A stretch of DNA of 64,000 bases. It comes from Oligoflexia bacterium (lineage in GTDB: Bacteria > Bdellovibrionota > UBA1018). The position numbers were made by a program, and so were the translations under genes. The DNA lies in contig JAYTHP010000141.1 of assembly GCA_043732485.1 (NCBI GenBank), forward strand, positions 462 to 64,461, in the 5' to 3' direction. The number at the start of each line of letters is the position of its first letter. Position 1 is the stretch's first letter. A model generated the notes under the pieces. The model saw only the letters and a program-made list of their open reading frames with translations. It was not told the origin of the DNA and searched no databases. Below, piece after piece: positions 1 to 9,545 of this stretch.

Positions 1-645
1 GCTTTATGAGCGGATACAAAATTTTTGCCTCCATTTTTCAACCCTTACGCTTACGGCATGCTCACTTGCCCACGGGCGTTGCAACTGCAGCAAGAGCATC
101 TTCCCATGCTGAAGGCAGCTTTTTTACTATTCCTTGTTGTTTTCACTGGGAAAAAAGCTCTTTCGTTCTTCCTACTGACCTTCCTACCTCTCATCACCTG
201 ACAAGCCCAGCCCCAAGCAAGCCCCCGCGTCGTGTCTCGCGCAGTAACCCAGTTCAAAAGAAAAGGCCTTTGCGCCTAGGCCTAAGTCCTCTCACTCAGC
301 TACTCTCAAGCTCTTGACTCCTTGATAAGAGCTTGGGCATAAAGAATTTTACAGCAAGAAATAAAGCGCCAGACATTTGTCCTCCCCCTCGTTTTGTGAG
401 GCTTTTTTTTTAGAAAAACTAAGCCGTGAGGGCTTGTTCCCCCCCCCCCCCCGGAGCTACGGCCACCCCTTCAGGCGAAGGAGGACCGCACACTTGCTCA
501 TCTCGGAGCCCTTCACTCAGGCTCTCTCCCTGCAGGCCTGGCCTCAAGCGGGGTTTGGTCAGCAACGCTTGCGCCCCCCCCCCAACTCACAAGTACTTTC
601 CGCTTTATCAAACGTCAAAACTTTGACAAACTTCTGGCTACCGCT

Positions 646-3360
646 ATGCCGCGCTTTTTTCTAAGGCCTCTCTGGCTCCCTTATGCTTGCTGGTGTCTTT
701 CCAGCATTTTTTTACCCCTTACCGTCTGCTCAGGCTCGCGCGCGCCAGGACACCCAACGCCGGCTAAGCGGGGAGCAGCGGCGGCGGGCTTCTCCCACCC
801 CCACGTCCTAGAAACGAGTGACGAAACGAGTGACGAAACGAGTGACGACACCAGTGACGACAACACCCGCAACCCGCCTCAAGCCACCCCAGCAAGCGGC
901 AATGCTTGGTCGACCGCTTGGCCCCAGTTCGCTTTACGTAAAGCCAGAACAAACTGCTGGGCCAACCTGCCACTCGACGGGCAACACGCACTGTGTTTTA
1001 CCCGCGCGGCATGGAAACGTTGGCTCAAGCTGCCCAACCCCCCCGTACTTGCGCCTGACCCCGCGCTCGCTTGGAAAGTGTTCAGCCCGCTTGAGAACCT
1101 GACCGGGCAGACCCCACCCCCTCTCCACCCTGAGCTCAGACAAGACACCCCAGGCTCCCTCGCACCGCCGACTCTCGCTCAGACTTTTCCTGCCGCAACC
1201 ACTCGCCTGCCCGCTGCACTTGCTCATGACCCCACCACGCCGCTGATTCAGCCCCCGCCAATTAAAACTTTACTCTTTCGCCAAACCGTCAGCCACCTGA
1301 GGCCGACGACGGCCTCAAGCGACCTCAGCACGGCTCATCACACGGCTCAACTCACAGCTCATCAGGCGACTCTCCTCCGCCGCGGTGTGCAGCGCGTCGA
1401 GCGGCTGCGCGAATGGGTCTCAAGCCAGCTTGCCCCTGCTGATTCGCTAGGCTTGCTACGCAGTCTTTTGCTGCATGAAGGGACCCAAAACCCGACATTT
1501 GCCATGCTTCGTACCCTGGGCTTCGTCCACCTGAACGCCACCTCCGGGATTCATCTCTTAGCCGCCGTGGCGTTCTTGAGCTTTTGGATGAAATGGCTGA
1601 GCTATCTTTGCAACCTCAGCCTGCCTTGGGGGCTAGCACTCTTTCGTGGGATCAGCTGGGTCTTGGTAGGCTTCATTTGGCTTTTAACTGGGCTAAGAGC
1701 AGGCTTGCTCAGGCCCACGCTGTTAATTGTGGCGCGCTCCTTGGAGCGCTCGGTCGGGTTTCGTTGGCATCGCCTCGTCCCCTTGACGCTGGCACTCCTG
1801 CTGCCGTGGGCGTTTCGCGTGCTCCTTGACCTTGCAGCCGAGCTCAAGCAGGCAGTGGACCCCACCTCTACCCACTTACTCGCTCACCTGCACCACGCTG
1901 TGCATCAGCACTCGGGAGCCACGATTTATGCGCTGGCCATTGCCGGTGGATTGCTCTGGGCGCCTTGCTTTCCCAAAGCGCTTTCTGGCCACATTGGACT
2001 TGCGCTGGGTTCCTGGTTGAGTGTGGCCTTTTGGGAGTTTTGGCACGAAGGTCGGCTGGCGCTTGCAACCCCACTCTTAAGTCTCCTGACGCTACCCTGG
2101 ATTTGCCACTTTACCTACCCCGGGGTCTTCCTGAGTTTGCTCCTGGCGGCGTTAGGTTGGACGACTGGCGCCCACGCCCTTTTGCAAGTCACCTGCCAAG
2201 GACTGAACTTCTTGACCGAGCAGGCGGCCACGCTGGCTTTTTATCCTGGCAATGTCTGGCAAATCCCCTTTTGGAGTCGCGTTTGGGGCGCAACCCTTGG
2301 CACCTTGTGGATCGCACTCACCGCGTTCACGCCCGCAAAGCCTTCCCTTCTCGCGCCAGCATCACTCCCCCCCTCCTCTCTGATGCGACGCCGCAGCGTG
2401 CAACTCTGGGTCGTCTTCAGTCTATGCAGCCTGGCTCTGCGGCTGGCGGGCGATGAAAGCCACCCCCTGAAACCGCATCAGCTGGCCTTAGGAAACTTAA
2501 GCTTTCAAGCCACGGCCATCCATCAGCTGGATGTGGGTCAGGGCGACGCGGCGGTGATTCAAGGGCAAGAAGAGGCGGGGTTTTTGGCAAAACCGCACAG
2601 GCTTTTAACCGGGCTCGTGGACACCGGCTCAGAATACGGGTTATCAGAAGAGCAGTGGTTGCATCTCTTTTTTTTGCTGGAAATCACGCAACTGGACTGG
2701 GTGGCGCTCACGCATCTGGACGAGGACCACCGCGGCGGGCTTGCGAAAATTGCCGGCCTGATTCCGATCCGCTGTGTGGCCACCCCTTTTGCCGGACTAG
2801 AAGGCCAGCAAGGCGCAAAGTTTTTGCAAAAACTGCATCCCTCCCTCAAACTGCGCTTGCAAGATTGGGGCGCTCCGTGCTTGCCCTTTGCCACCACCAC
2901 CACCACGATCGCAAACACCAAGGCTACGGCTAACGCCAACATGGGGGCGCTGTTCATCCCCTTAGACTTAGGCGGCTTTTACTTTGCCGCAGGCGATGCC
3001 ATGAAAAAAAACGAACCGGCCCTCAGGCGCTGGGCCGAGCGCCTAATCCAACACACTGCCGCAGGCCCCCATCTTGTTAAACTCAACCACCACGGCTCGA
3101 AATCCTCCAACACCGCCCTGCTACTCAGCCAACTTCAGCCTTCCGAAGCTTGGATCTCCTCTGGCGCAAGCAACCGTTACGGACACCCCTCGCCTGAGGT
3201 CTTAGCGCGCCTCCATCAACTCCAGATCCCGGTACGGCGCACCGATCAGGAAGGCAGCTTAAGCTACCCCCCCTGGAACTCCGCCCCGCGGCTCCGACTG
3301 GATCGGCTAATCTTGAGGCTTTTTAAGCGCCTCTGGCGACCAGCAAACCCCACTTTTTGA
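646..3360 (+). CDS. comEC: DNA internalization competence protein ComEC/Rec2 (membrane channel domain + C-terminal metallo-beta-lactamase domain)
   Basis: 904-aa ORF. Multiple hydrophobic TM segments in the middle. C-terminal MBL signature ALTHLDEDHRGG (HxHxDH) plus downstream His/Asp residues. N-terminal ~250 aa is low-complexity and Pro-rich. Confidence 0.8.
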   Translation: MPRFFLRPLWLPYACWCLSSIFLPLTVCSGSRAPGHPTPAKRGAAAAGFSHPHVLETSDETSDETSDDTSDDNTRNPPQATPASGNAWSTAWPQFALRKARTNCWANLPLDGQHALCFTRAAWKRWLKLPNPPVLAPDPALAWKVFSPLENLTGQTPPPLHPELRQDTPGSLAPPTLAQTFPAATTRLPAALAHDPTTPLIQPPPIKTLLFRQTVSHLRPTTASSDLSTAHHTAQLTAHQATLLRRGVQRVERLREWVSSQLAPADSLGLLRSLLLHEGTQNPTFAMLRTLGFVHLNATSGIHLLAAVAFLSFWMKWLSYLCNLSLPWGLALFRGISWVLVGFIWLLTGLRAGLLRPTLLIVARSLERSVGFRWHRLVPLTLALLLPWAFRVLLDLAAELKQAVDPTSTHLLAHLHHAVHQHSGATIYALAIAGGLLWAPCFPKALSGHIGLALGSWLSVAFWEFWHEGRLALATPLLSLLTLPWICHFTYPGVFLSLLLAALGWTTGAHALLQVTCQGLNFLTEQAATLAFYPGNVWQIPFWSRVWGATLGTLWIALTAFTPAKPSLLAPASLPPSSLMRRRSVQLWVVFSLCSLALRLAGDESHPLKPHQLALGNLSFQATAIHQLDVGQGDAAVIQGQEEAGFLAKPHRLLTGLVDTGSEYGLSEEQWLHLFFLLEITQLDWVALTHLDEDHRGGLAKIAGLIPIRCVATPFAGLEGQQGAKFLQKLHPSLKLRLQDWGAPCLPFATTTTTIANTKATANANMGALFIPLDLGGFYFAAGDAMKKNEPALRRWAERLIQHTAAGPHLVKLNHHGSKSSNTALLLSQLQPSEAWISSGASNRYGHPSPEVLARLHQLQIPVRRTDQEGSLSYPPWNSAPRLRLDRLILRLFKRLWRPANPTF
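811..861 (+). repeat. in-frame 12-bp tandem repeat (gaaacgagtgac x3 plus degenerate copies) encoding SDETSDETSDETSDDTSDD inside comEC 5' region
   Basis: direct reading of sequence; repeat units contiguous. Confidence 0.85.
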
Positions 3361-3464
3361 TCGGGATTCTTTTTAAGCAGCTTGCAAAGGTCACTTTACC
3401 TCCCCACCCCGAAACGCCATCTGACTGACCTCACCCATGCGCCCCGCCTCTTCTCACAGAGTCC

Positions 3465-4637
3465 TTGTTTCTTATGTTTTTGCGCTTCTTTTTTCTCCCA
3501 CAAGCTGACAAAATCAGTCCTAGGACAGAAAAAATCCCAAAAAACGCATCATCTCACTTGTCACTTGTCACTTGTCACTTGCCGAAGACCAAAAAACCTC
3601 AAGCCCCAACTCGCTTTGCCCTTTTTTGTAAGCTAGGCCGCGGCAGGGCCCCCGCTGTGAAAGAATCCCCCAAAAACATGAGACACTCACTCTCCCTTCA
3701 GAGCTCCCTCGACCACAACAACACCGACAACAACCCCCCACACACAGACGCACCGTCTCCAGGAGCAAGCCCTTTTTTCCGAGGGACGATCACCCTGCTG
3801 TTTTTGCTCCCGGCGCTCTTGTGTCACTGCACCATCACGCCCGGGGGACTGGGAACACCCATTACCAACACCTGCTTGATCCCCAGCGATCAATCCGGAT
3901 CGATTGAAGGCACTTGGCTAGCCTCTCCGATCCCGGTGGCTTTTGCCGCCACTACCGCCAATACCTTTGACGCCCAAGAAATCAGCGCCATCACCGCGGC
4001 AATGGATAGCTGGAATCAGTTCTTTCTAAAATCCTCGGCTTTACCGGCCATTTTTAATTATGGCTCCTCAAGCACCCCCAACACCTCCACCCTGGCTGAC
4101 ACCGAAAACGGCAGCCAGGGGCTTTGTAGTTCCGCGATCTTAACCGCTTCAGGCAGCTTTACCGGCCAAGTGGTGATTTATAAGATGGGAAGCTGGCCTA
4201 GCGATTACCCGGCTGCAGCCATTGCGCTCACCAGCTATTGCAAACGCACCCAAACCCCCTACCCAAGCTTCTTTAACGCCGTGATTGAGCTCAACTATCA
4301 AAGTTTTTTCATCGCAGGACAGCAGATTCCCGACTTACAAAGCATTCTTTTGCATGAACTAGGTCACGTTATCGGTCTCTTTCACAGCTGTGAGAGCAGC
4401 ACCGTAAGTGGCCGCCCTAACTGCAACGCCGCCGGACTGAATCCCGATTACGTGGCAGCCAGCATGTATCCGGTCTTTAGCTTCTATCAAGATGGCTCAG
4501 GACAGCAAAAACGAGCGCTAGGCACCAATGACGAAAGCCGCGCGAATTGCCTTTACGCAGGGCCTAGCCCCCAACCCAGCAGTGCCGCCGCCGCCGCTCA
4601 CTCAACGACCACCACGCCCGCCCCGCAGCCATCCTAG
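3465..4637 (+). CDS. secreted zinc metalloprotease, metzincin/matrixin-like (HExxHxxGxxH); likely true start at ATG 3678
   Basis: motif LLHELGHVIGLFHS in ORF. Hydrophobic N-terminal segment after Met at 3678. Pro/Ala/Thr-rich C-terminal tail. Confidence 0.7.
   Translation: MFLMFLRFFFLPQADKISPRTEKIPKNASSHLSLVTCHLPKTKKPQAPTRFALFCKLGRGRAPAVKESPKNMRHSLSLQSSLDHNNTDNNPPHTDAPSPGASPFFRGTITLLFLLPALLCHCTITPGGLGTPITNTCLIPSDQSGSIEGTWLASPIPVAFAATTANTFDAQEISAITAAMDSWNQFFLKSSALPAIFNYGSSSTPNTSTLADTENGSQGLCSSAILTASGSFTGQVVIYKMGSWPSDYPAAAIALTSYCKRTQTPYPSFFNAVIELNYQSFFIAGQQIPDLQSILLHELGHVIGLFHSCESSTVSGRPNCNAAGLNPDYVAASMYPVFSFYQDGSGQQKRALGTNDESRANCLYAGPSPQPSSAAAAAHSTTTTPAPQPS
3553..3580 (+). repeat. 7-bp tandem repeat (tcacttg)x4 in 5' leader/extension of metalloprotease gene
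   Basis: seen directly: tctcacttgtcacttgtcacttgtcacttgcc. Confidence 0.85.
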
Positions 4638-5026
4638 ATCCGAGGCCCGCAGCTCGGGGTCGTCGGGGTAAACTGCTTGTCCAGTCTTCATTTTTTTTGG
4701 CATCCTCAAGCAAGATCCGTCACACTTAAAATAAGTGAGGGTCAGCAGCCCGGAGCAAATGGGGGGCACCGGTACTAGGGCGTTCCGTTGACTCGGGGTC
4801 ATGAGAAAACACGCGTCGTCAAGCCTGGCTTTAGCGTCGTAGGCTTTAGCGTCAATGAACAGGGGAGGATTTTGTGGTAAAAACACAACTCTTGTGGTGT
4901 TATCTTTTCGTGCAATTTGGCGCTTTTGCAAGCGAATACCCACCCATCCCCAGACCTTCACCCTTTCCTCAGGCTACCTAGAAAAAGCATAACTCCAACG
5001 AAGGTCTCTCTGCCTTTCCGCTCAGC

Positions 5027-6295
5027 ATGATCCAACTCTACAGTCAAGGATTTGACGCTGTCGCTGGATCCCCTCCCACCTTAGGCTTGCGGACGCTGAC
5101 CGTTGCCTTGGAACTGCCGGTGTCTTTGTTATTGGCACTTGCTTTCATGGTGCCTTATCATGATTTTGGACACGCAAGGGTTGCGCGGTCGCAAAACGGA
5201 GACTCTTCTTTTCGTTTTTCTTTTTAGGGCAACCCGGTAACGGGTATTCCGAGTTATTGGGAACTGCAGGCCTTGCGACTGCTCAGTCCTTTTGATTTGC
5301 CTGCGGCGACCTACCCTCTTTTTTAAAACTCGTTGACGCCTGCACTGAACCAGTATTATGGCAATCCTGGCTTAGGCATCATTTTATCAGGCGCCAAGTT
5401 GAACAACCAATTGCTGCTTGCAAAAAAGGTGGCTGACGGCATTTACACCTCAGGCACCGGGCACATCACCTACCTGCAGCAGTATCTGGGCAACCAGCTG
5501 GCAGGGTTGATTGACTCCCAGTGGGATAGCCAGGCGATCGGGGCTGGAGGCTAGGATATCGGAGCGATTCTCCGCTCTTATCGAGCCAAAAACTACCCGA
5601 TTTTGCACACGACGCTTGAGATGCAATCGCTTTTAAGTTTGCTCAGTGGCAGCACAGCCCCGTTTGTCCTGGGTTACGCGCGCTATCTGAGTCAAGGCGA
5701 TCCCAGTGTCAGACCCTTAGAAATCGCAGGCGTGCTGCGGGTACCAGACCTCCAAAGTTACATCAATGCTAAGGGTCTCTCGTTAGAACTAGTCACAGGC
5801 TACCGCGTCAGCCGGCACTTCTATTTTGAGCTGGCGTACGAGCGCATCGCGGTCGGGGACACGGAGCAACAACTGACCACCACAGTCCACTATCAACTCG
5901 CCTCCCTCTTCCCGGCGTTACAAGACTTTTGGGTGACCTCTGACGTGGTCATTGGTGGTGGGGTCGGAGGGAGCCTAGAGCTCAAGTGGTCCACGTTTCC
6001 GCTTGCCGGGGTTAATCAGGAAATGAGTCGTTGCCCTGGCCAAGGCCCAGAAGCACCTGCGGGCGCGTCAGCTGCTCCTACTTTTTTCAGGTCGCTTGCC
6101 TAGTCCTTGAAATACACGCTTTACGGCGAGAGAAACATCCCCTTTACAAGTGGGCAAGACGTCAGCCACGAATTACTGGTGGGCCTCCATTACCGGCACT
6201 TACGCGCCGCCTCAGCCTGGCTCTTGCTTGAATCCCCCCGCGCTCGCCTGCCCGCCTTCCCCCAAGAGCTTCCCGGCGCTTCAAACACTTTTTAG
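5027..6295 (+). pseudogene. decayed outer-membrane beta-barrel-like gene: one reading frame interrupted by in-frame stops (TAG 5225, TAA ~5324, TAG 5552, TAG 6101, TAG 6293)
   Basis: four consecutive ORFs (5027-5227, 5333-5554, 5603-6103, 6107-6295) share the same frame. The translation shows alternating hydrophobic beta-strand-like segments (YRVSRHFYFELAYERIAVGD, VVIGGGVGGSLELKW, LVGLHYRHL). Confidence 0.35.
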
Positions 6296-6364
6296 GCGAC
6301 AAAGCACACCGGCTCGTTTTAGAGTGGCTGAAGCGGCGACGCCCACTCCACCGCACCCCACCCC

Positions 6365-7117
6365 ATGCCCGAGCAGAACATGACTCAAATGACAACCGAC
6401 CTCTTCTTTCAGCAACAAAAAATTGCCCTTTTTTACGAGGATCAACACCTCGTCGTCTTATCCAAACCCCCCAACCTGCTGAGCCAAGGGGACCACTCAG
6501 AGGCCAGCAATTTAGTCGACCTGCTGCGTCAAGCTTGGGGACGCCCCTACGTCGGCCTGGTGCACAGGCTCGATCGCAATACTTCAGGACTGATGGTGGT
6601 GGCCAAGCGCAGTAAAGCGGCCTCACGGCTCAGTGAAGCGCTGGTTGCCGGCAAGCTTGAGCGTCATTATCTCGGGTGGCTCGTCGGCCATCTCCCCCAA
6701 CCCGTGCAATGGCGACATCTCCTTAAAAAAAACCCCCACACCAACCAAGTACAAGTCATCGCAGGCCCAACCGCCCCGCACCCATCTCAAGCGGGTTTTC
6801 AGCAGGCTAGCCTGCAAGCCACCCCACGCGATTGGGTCCGCTGGCAAAACACGCCGCTCACCTTATGCGAATTTTGCTTGCAAACCGGGCGCTCGCACCA
6901 GATCCGAGCACAAGCAGCTTTTGAAGGCCTCCCGCTTTTGGGTGATCGCAAATACAGTAGCCCCCTGGCCCCCCACAGTCCCGCTTTCCCGCGGCACGCC
7001 TTACACTCCTGGCAATTACGCTTTCCCCACCCGATGTCAGGTCTCACCCTGTCGTTCCAAGACCCGCTACCGCCAGACCTCAAGCTTACAGACTCCCTAA
7101 GCACCGAAAAGCCTTGA
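6365..7117 (+). CDS. RluA-family RNA pseudouridine synthase
   Basis: catalytic motif LVHRLDRNTSGLMVVAKR; size and layout typical of RluA/RluC/RluD family. Confidence 0.8.
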   Translation: MPEQNMTQMTTDLFFQQQKIALFYEDQHLVVLSKPPNLLSQGDHSEASNLVDLLRQAWGRPYVGLVHRLDRNTSGLMVVAKRSKAASRLSEALVAGKLERHYLGWLVGHLPQPVQWRHLLKKNPHTNQVQVIAGPTAPHPSQAGFQQASLQATPRDWVRWQNTPLTLCEFCLQTGRSHQIRAQAAFEGLPLLGDRKYSSPLAPHSPAFPRHALHSWQLRFPHPMSGLTLSFQDPLPPDLKLTDSLSTEKP

Positions 7118-7166
7118 GCAGCCGCAGACTCCTCCGCCCTACCGACCGACCAACCAACCGCCACTT

Positions 7167-9545
7167 TTACCGCTGCTCGCGCAAGATTTGCGAGTCAAAC
7201 CAGTCGATCACAAAAAACTCCTGATCCTCCCAAATCCGATCTTCTTGGCGTAATGCCGGGTGTGTTTGCACTAAGCTCAACTCAAAACTCACCCAAGCCT
7301 GAGCCAGCTCCTCTCTTAATTTTTCAATTCTATTGGCCCTTTTTTCTTCCCGGCTGCCCTCACCATCCGTAGAAGAGGCAGAAGGTACATCCTCTTCAGC
7401 CAGGCCGTCTTCATTTTCCGATAAATCCAACCGACGCAACCATCGCAGCTGCCGCAAGGAGCTCGCAAACCGCTCCAGGGTTTTGCCGTAAATCGGATTA
7501 GCCCGCAGTTCTAACCTGCGCAACTGCCGCACAAATTGCAAATGCCGCCCCAGGCGATCCAGCGCTAGGTCATCCCACTGACCCTCCCCCAAGTACAACT
7601 CCTCCAAAAGGGGGAGTGAGCGCAGGGCTCTAGACAGGGGTTGCATCGCTTTTGCCGCCAAATCACAACCCGTCAGATTCAAGACTCGCAGCCCCGGATG
7701 AGCACTCAGCCCCTGCAGTAGGACGTGAGCAGCACTCCCCCCCCCTAAAAATACATGCGAAAAATCAAGCTCCAGCAATTGCGTGAGAACGCGCAAGCCT
7801 GCTGCAAACTTCTTGACGGCGCAAGGCACATAAGGCCCCACGGTGCGACCGGCTAAGCGCAACACCCGCAGATGGGGCATCTGCCGTAAACTCCAGCCTA
7901 ATTCTGCCAACCACTCCCACGACAATCCGCACTCACTTAAATCCAGCGCCGTGAAACTCTCACCCCCGCTTCTGAGCCTGGCGTTGAATACTTTAAAACT
8001 TGCGGCCGTAAACTGCGCTTGGGCTAAGCCCAAGGATTCCAGCTCAGGCAGTGCCCCCAAGTGATCCACCAGTAGGCCGGTGCCAAGCACTCCTAGATGA
8101 TTGTCGCTGAGATCCAAATAGGAGAGGCGTGAGACTTCCTTAAAACCTGCCGCAAGCGTCGCCATGCCAGGATCGCCAAGCGAGTTCCCGCGCAACCCTA
8201 AACCCCGCAGCCTGGGGAATTTTTTAAAACTGAGCGCTAACGCCACCCCAATTTCGTCAGTCAGCCGGTTCCAGGCAAGATCCAGAGTCTGAAGCCGCGA
8301 ATTCCCACGCCACGCGCTTAAGATTTGCTGGGTGAGCAGGTCACCTAAGCTATTTTTTCCTAAGAGCAAGCGCGATAACTCAGGCAAGGCGGCTAACCCT
8401 TGACTGAAACTTTTTTGCAAACCCCCCTCCTCAGGCAAAGCGTTTTCTGAAAAGCGCGCGCCAATGCCGCAATTTTCCATCCGCAACTCCCACAAAGTGG
8501 GCCGAACACCACCCCCCCGACCTGCTGCTGCCAGGCTAGACACCAGGGTGGTTGCCCCCTGCAAACCAATGTGATTGTCACTGATATCCAGTGCCTCAAG
8601 CCCACCGCCCAGGTGGCTGAACCTTGCCAGGGCCTGCGCAAGCCTACCTGCGCCCGTTCCGGTGATCTCGTTGCCAGCGATTTCCAGCCGCTTGAGCTGG
8701 GGCACCCCTTCGAGACCTTCCGCTAAAAGCTCCACCCCTTGGTCGTTCATCTTGTTTTCATTCAAAAAAAGCACTTCAAGTGCAGGTAAGCGTGGTAACA
8801 GCGCTCGAAGCCAGCCCATCCCGCGCTGACCCAACTGGTTTTGCTCTAAATTAAGCTTTTTTAAGCCCCGTAACTCGGCTAGAGCGGGCGTCAAACTTTC
8901 CAAGCTTTGATCCGTCAGCCCCATCCCAGAAAGGTCCAGCTCTTGGAGGTGACTCAAGCGAGCGCGAAAAACCTCCACCAACCAGGGCTGATCAAAGTCG
9001 AAGGCCTGACCCGCGAGATTAGCGCCATGAGCGAGTTTTAACGCCTCAAGGCTCGTAGGCAAATAACCCAAGGCCGCAAGCTCAAAACGGGCACCACTCA
9101 AATCCAAAAAACGAATCCCACTTAACGCCGCTCGTCCCGACTGAAACCAGCTTTGGAACTCCGTGAGCGTAATCGTGCGCTGAGGCAGGCGAAAAAACTG
9201 GCTGCGCGCTGCAAACGCGTGCACCAACGTCTCGCGAAGCGCTGGGCTCACCTCTCCCAAAGCCACCGCATCTCGAACGCCCAAGTCGCCAAAAATGTGC
9301 TGATGCACCCCCGTCGGCAAACGACCAAACGCTGAGTGATCGTGCCCTCTCTCCCGACCCCCTGAAGACGCCGACGACGAGGCGGTGGCGGCAAGACTTT
9401 GATGCGGCGCCCTCTGATGCGACTCCATCGCAGCCGCATCGCTTTGCCCGACAAGCCAAAAAATCAGCAAAAAACATCGTACTAACCCAAGTGTGACCTG
9501 CAAACGACCCCTGCGCGACCTCAGTTTTTGTTGCAAACGACTCAC
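7167..9545 (-). CDS. RNI-type (ribonuclease-inhibitor-like) leucine-rich repeat protein with N-terminal signal/TM segment and acidic C-terminal tail
   Basis: 792-aa ORF with >15 consecutive ~28-aa repeats of the form LxxLxLsxNxIGdxGaxxLaxaL (e.g. LEALDISDNHIGLQGATTLVSSLAAA, LQTLDLAWNRLTDEIGVALALSF). Hydrophobic N-terminus LVRCFLLIFWLVG. Confidence 0.8.
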   Translation of the reverse strand: MSRLQQKLRSRRGRLQVTLGLVRCFLLIFWLVGQSDAAAMESHQRAPHQSLAATASSSASSGGRERGHDHSAFGRLPTGVHQHIFGDLGVRDAVALGEVSPALRETLVHAFAARSQFFRLPQRTITLTEFQSWFQSGRAALSGIRFLDLSGARFELAALGYLPTSLEALKLAHGANLAGQAFDFDQPWLVEVFRARLSHLQELDLSGMGLTDQSLESLTPALAELRGLKKLNLEQNQLGQRGMGWLRALLPRLPALEVLFLNENKMNDQGVELLAEGLEGVPQLKRLEIAGNEITGTGAGRLAQALARFSHLGGGLEALDISDNHIGLQGATTLVSSLAAAGRGGGVRPTLWELRMENCGIGARFSENALPEEGGLQKSFSQGLAALPELSRLLLGKNSLGDLLTQQILSAWRGNSRLQTLDLAWNRLTDEIGVALALSFKKFPRLRGLGLRGNSLGDPGMATLAAGFKEVSRLSYLDLSDNHLGVLGTGLLVDHLGALPELESLGLAQAQFTAASFKVFNARLRSGGESFTALDLSECGLSWEWLAELGWSLRQMPHLRVLRLAGRTVGPYVPCAVKKFAAGLRVLTQLLELDFSHVFLGGGSAAHVLLQGLSAHPGLRVLNLTGCDLAAKAMQPLSRALRSLPLLEELYLGEGQWDDLALDRLGRHLQFVRQLRRLELRANPIYGKTLERFASSLRQLRWLRRLDLSENEDGLAEEDVPSASSTDGEGSREEKRANRIEKLREELAQAWVSFELSLVQTHPALRQEDRIWEDQEFFVIDWFDSQILREQR

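Noticed and set aside
680-3360. Numerous 60-160-aa ORFs antisense or out-of-frame inside comEC, the LRR gene, mutL and the TPR gene
   Set aside because: These are expected in GC-rich DNA where stop codons are rare. They lie wholly inside well-supported genes.
5027-6295. Idea that TAG is read through (amber suppression / pyrrolysine-type recoding) in the OMP-like frame
   Set aside because: Clear genes in the window (metzincin 4635-4637, secreted paralog 14419-14421) terminate with TAG and make no sense if extended. One stop is TAA. A pseudogene is the simpler explanation.
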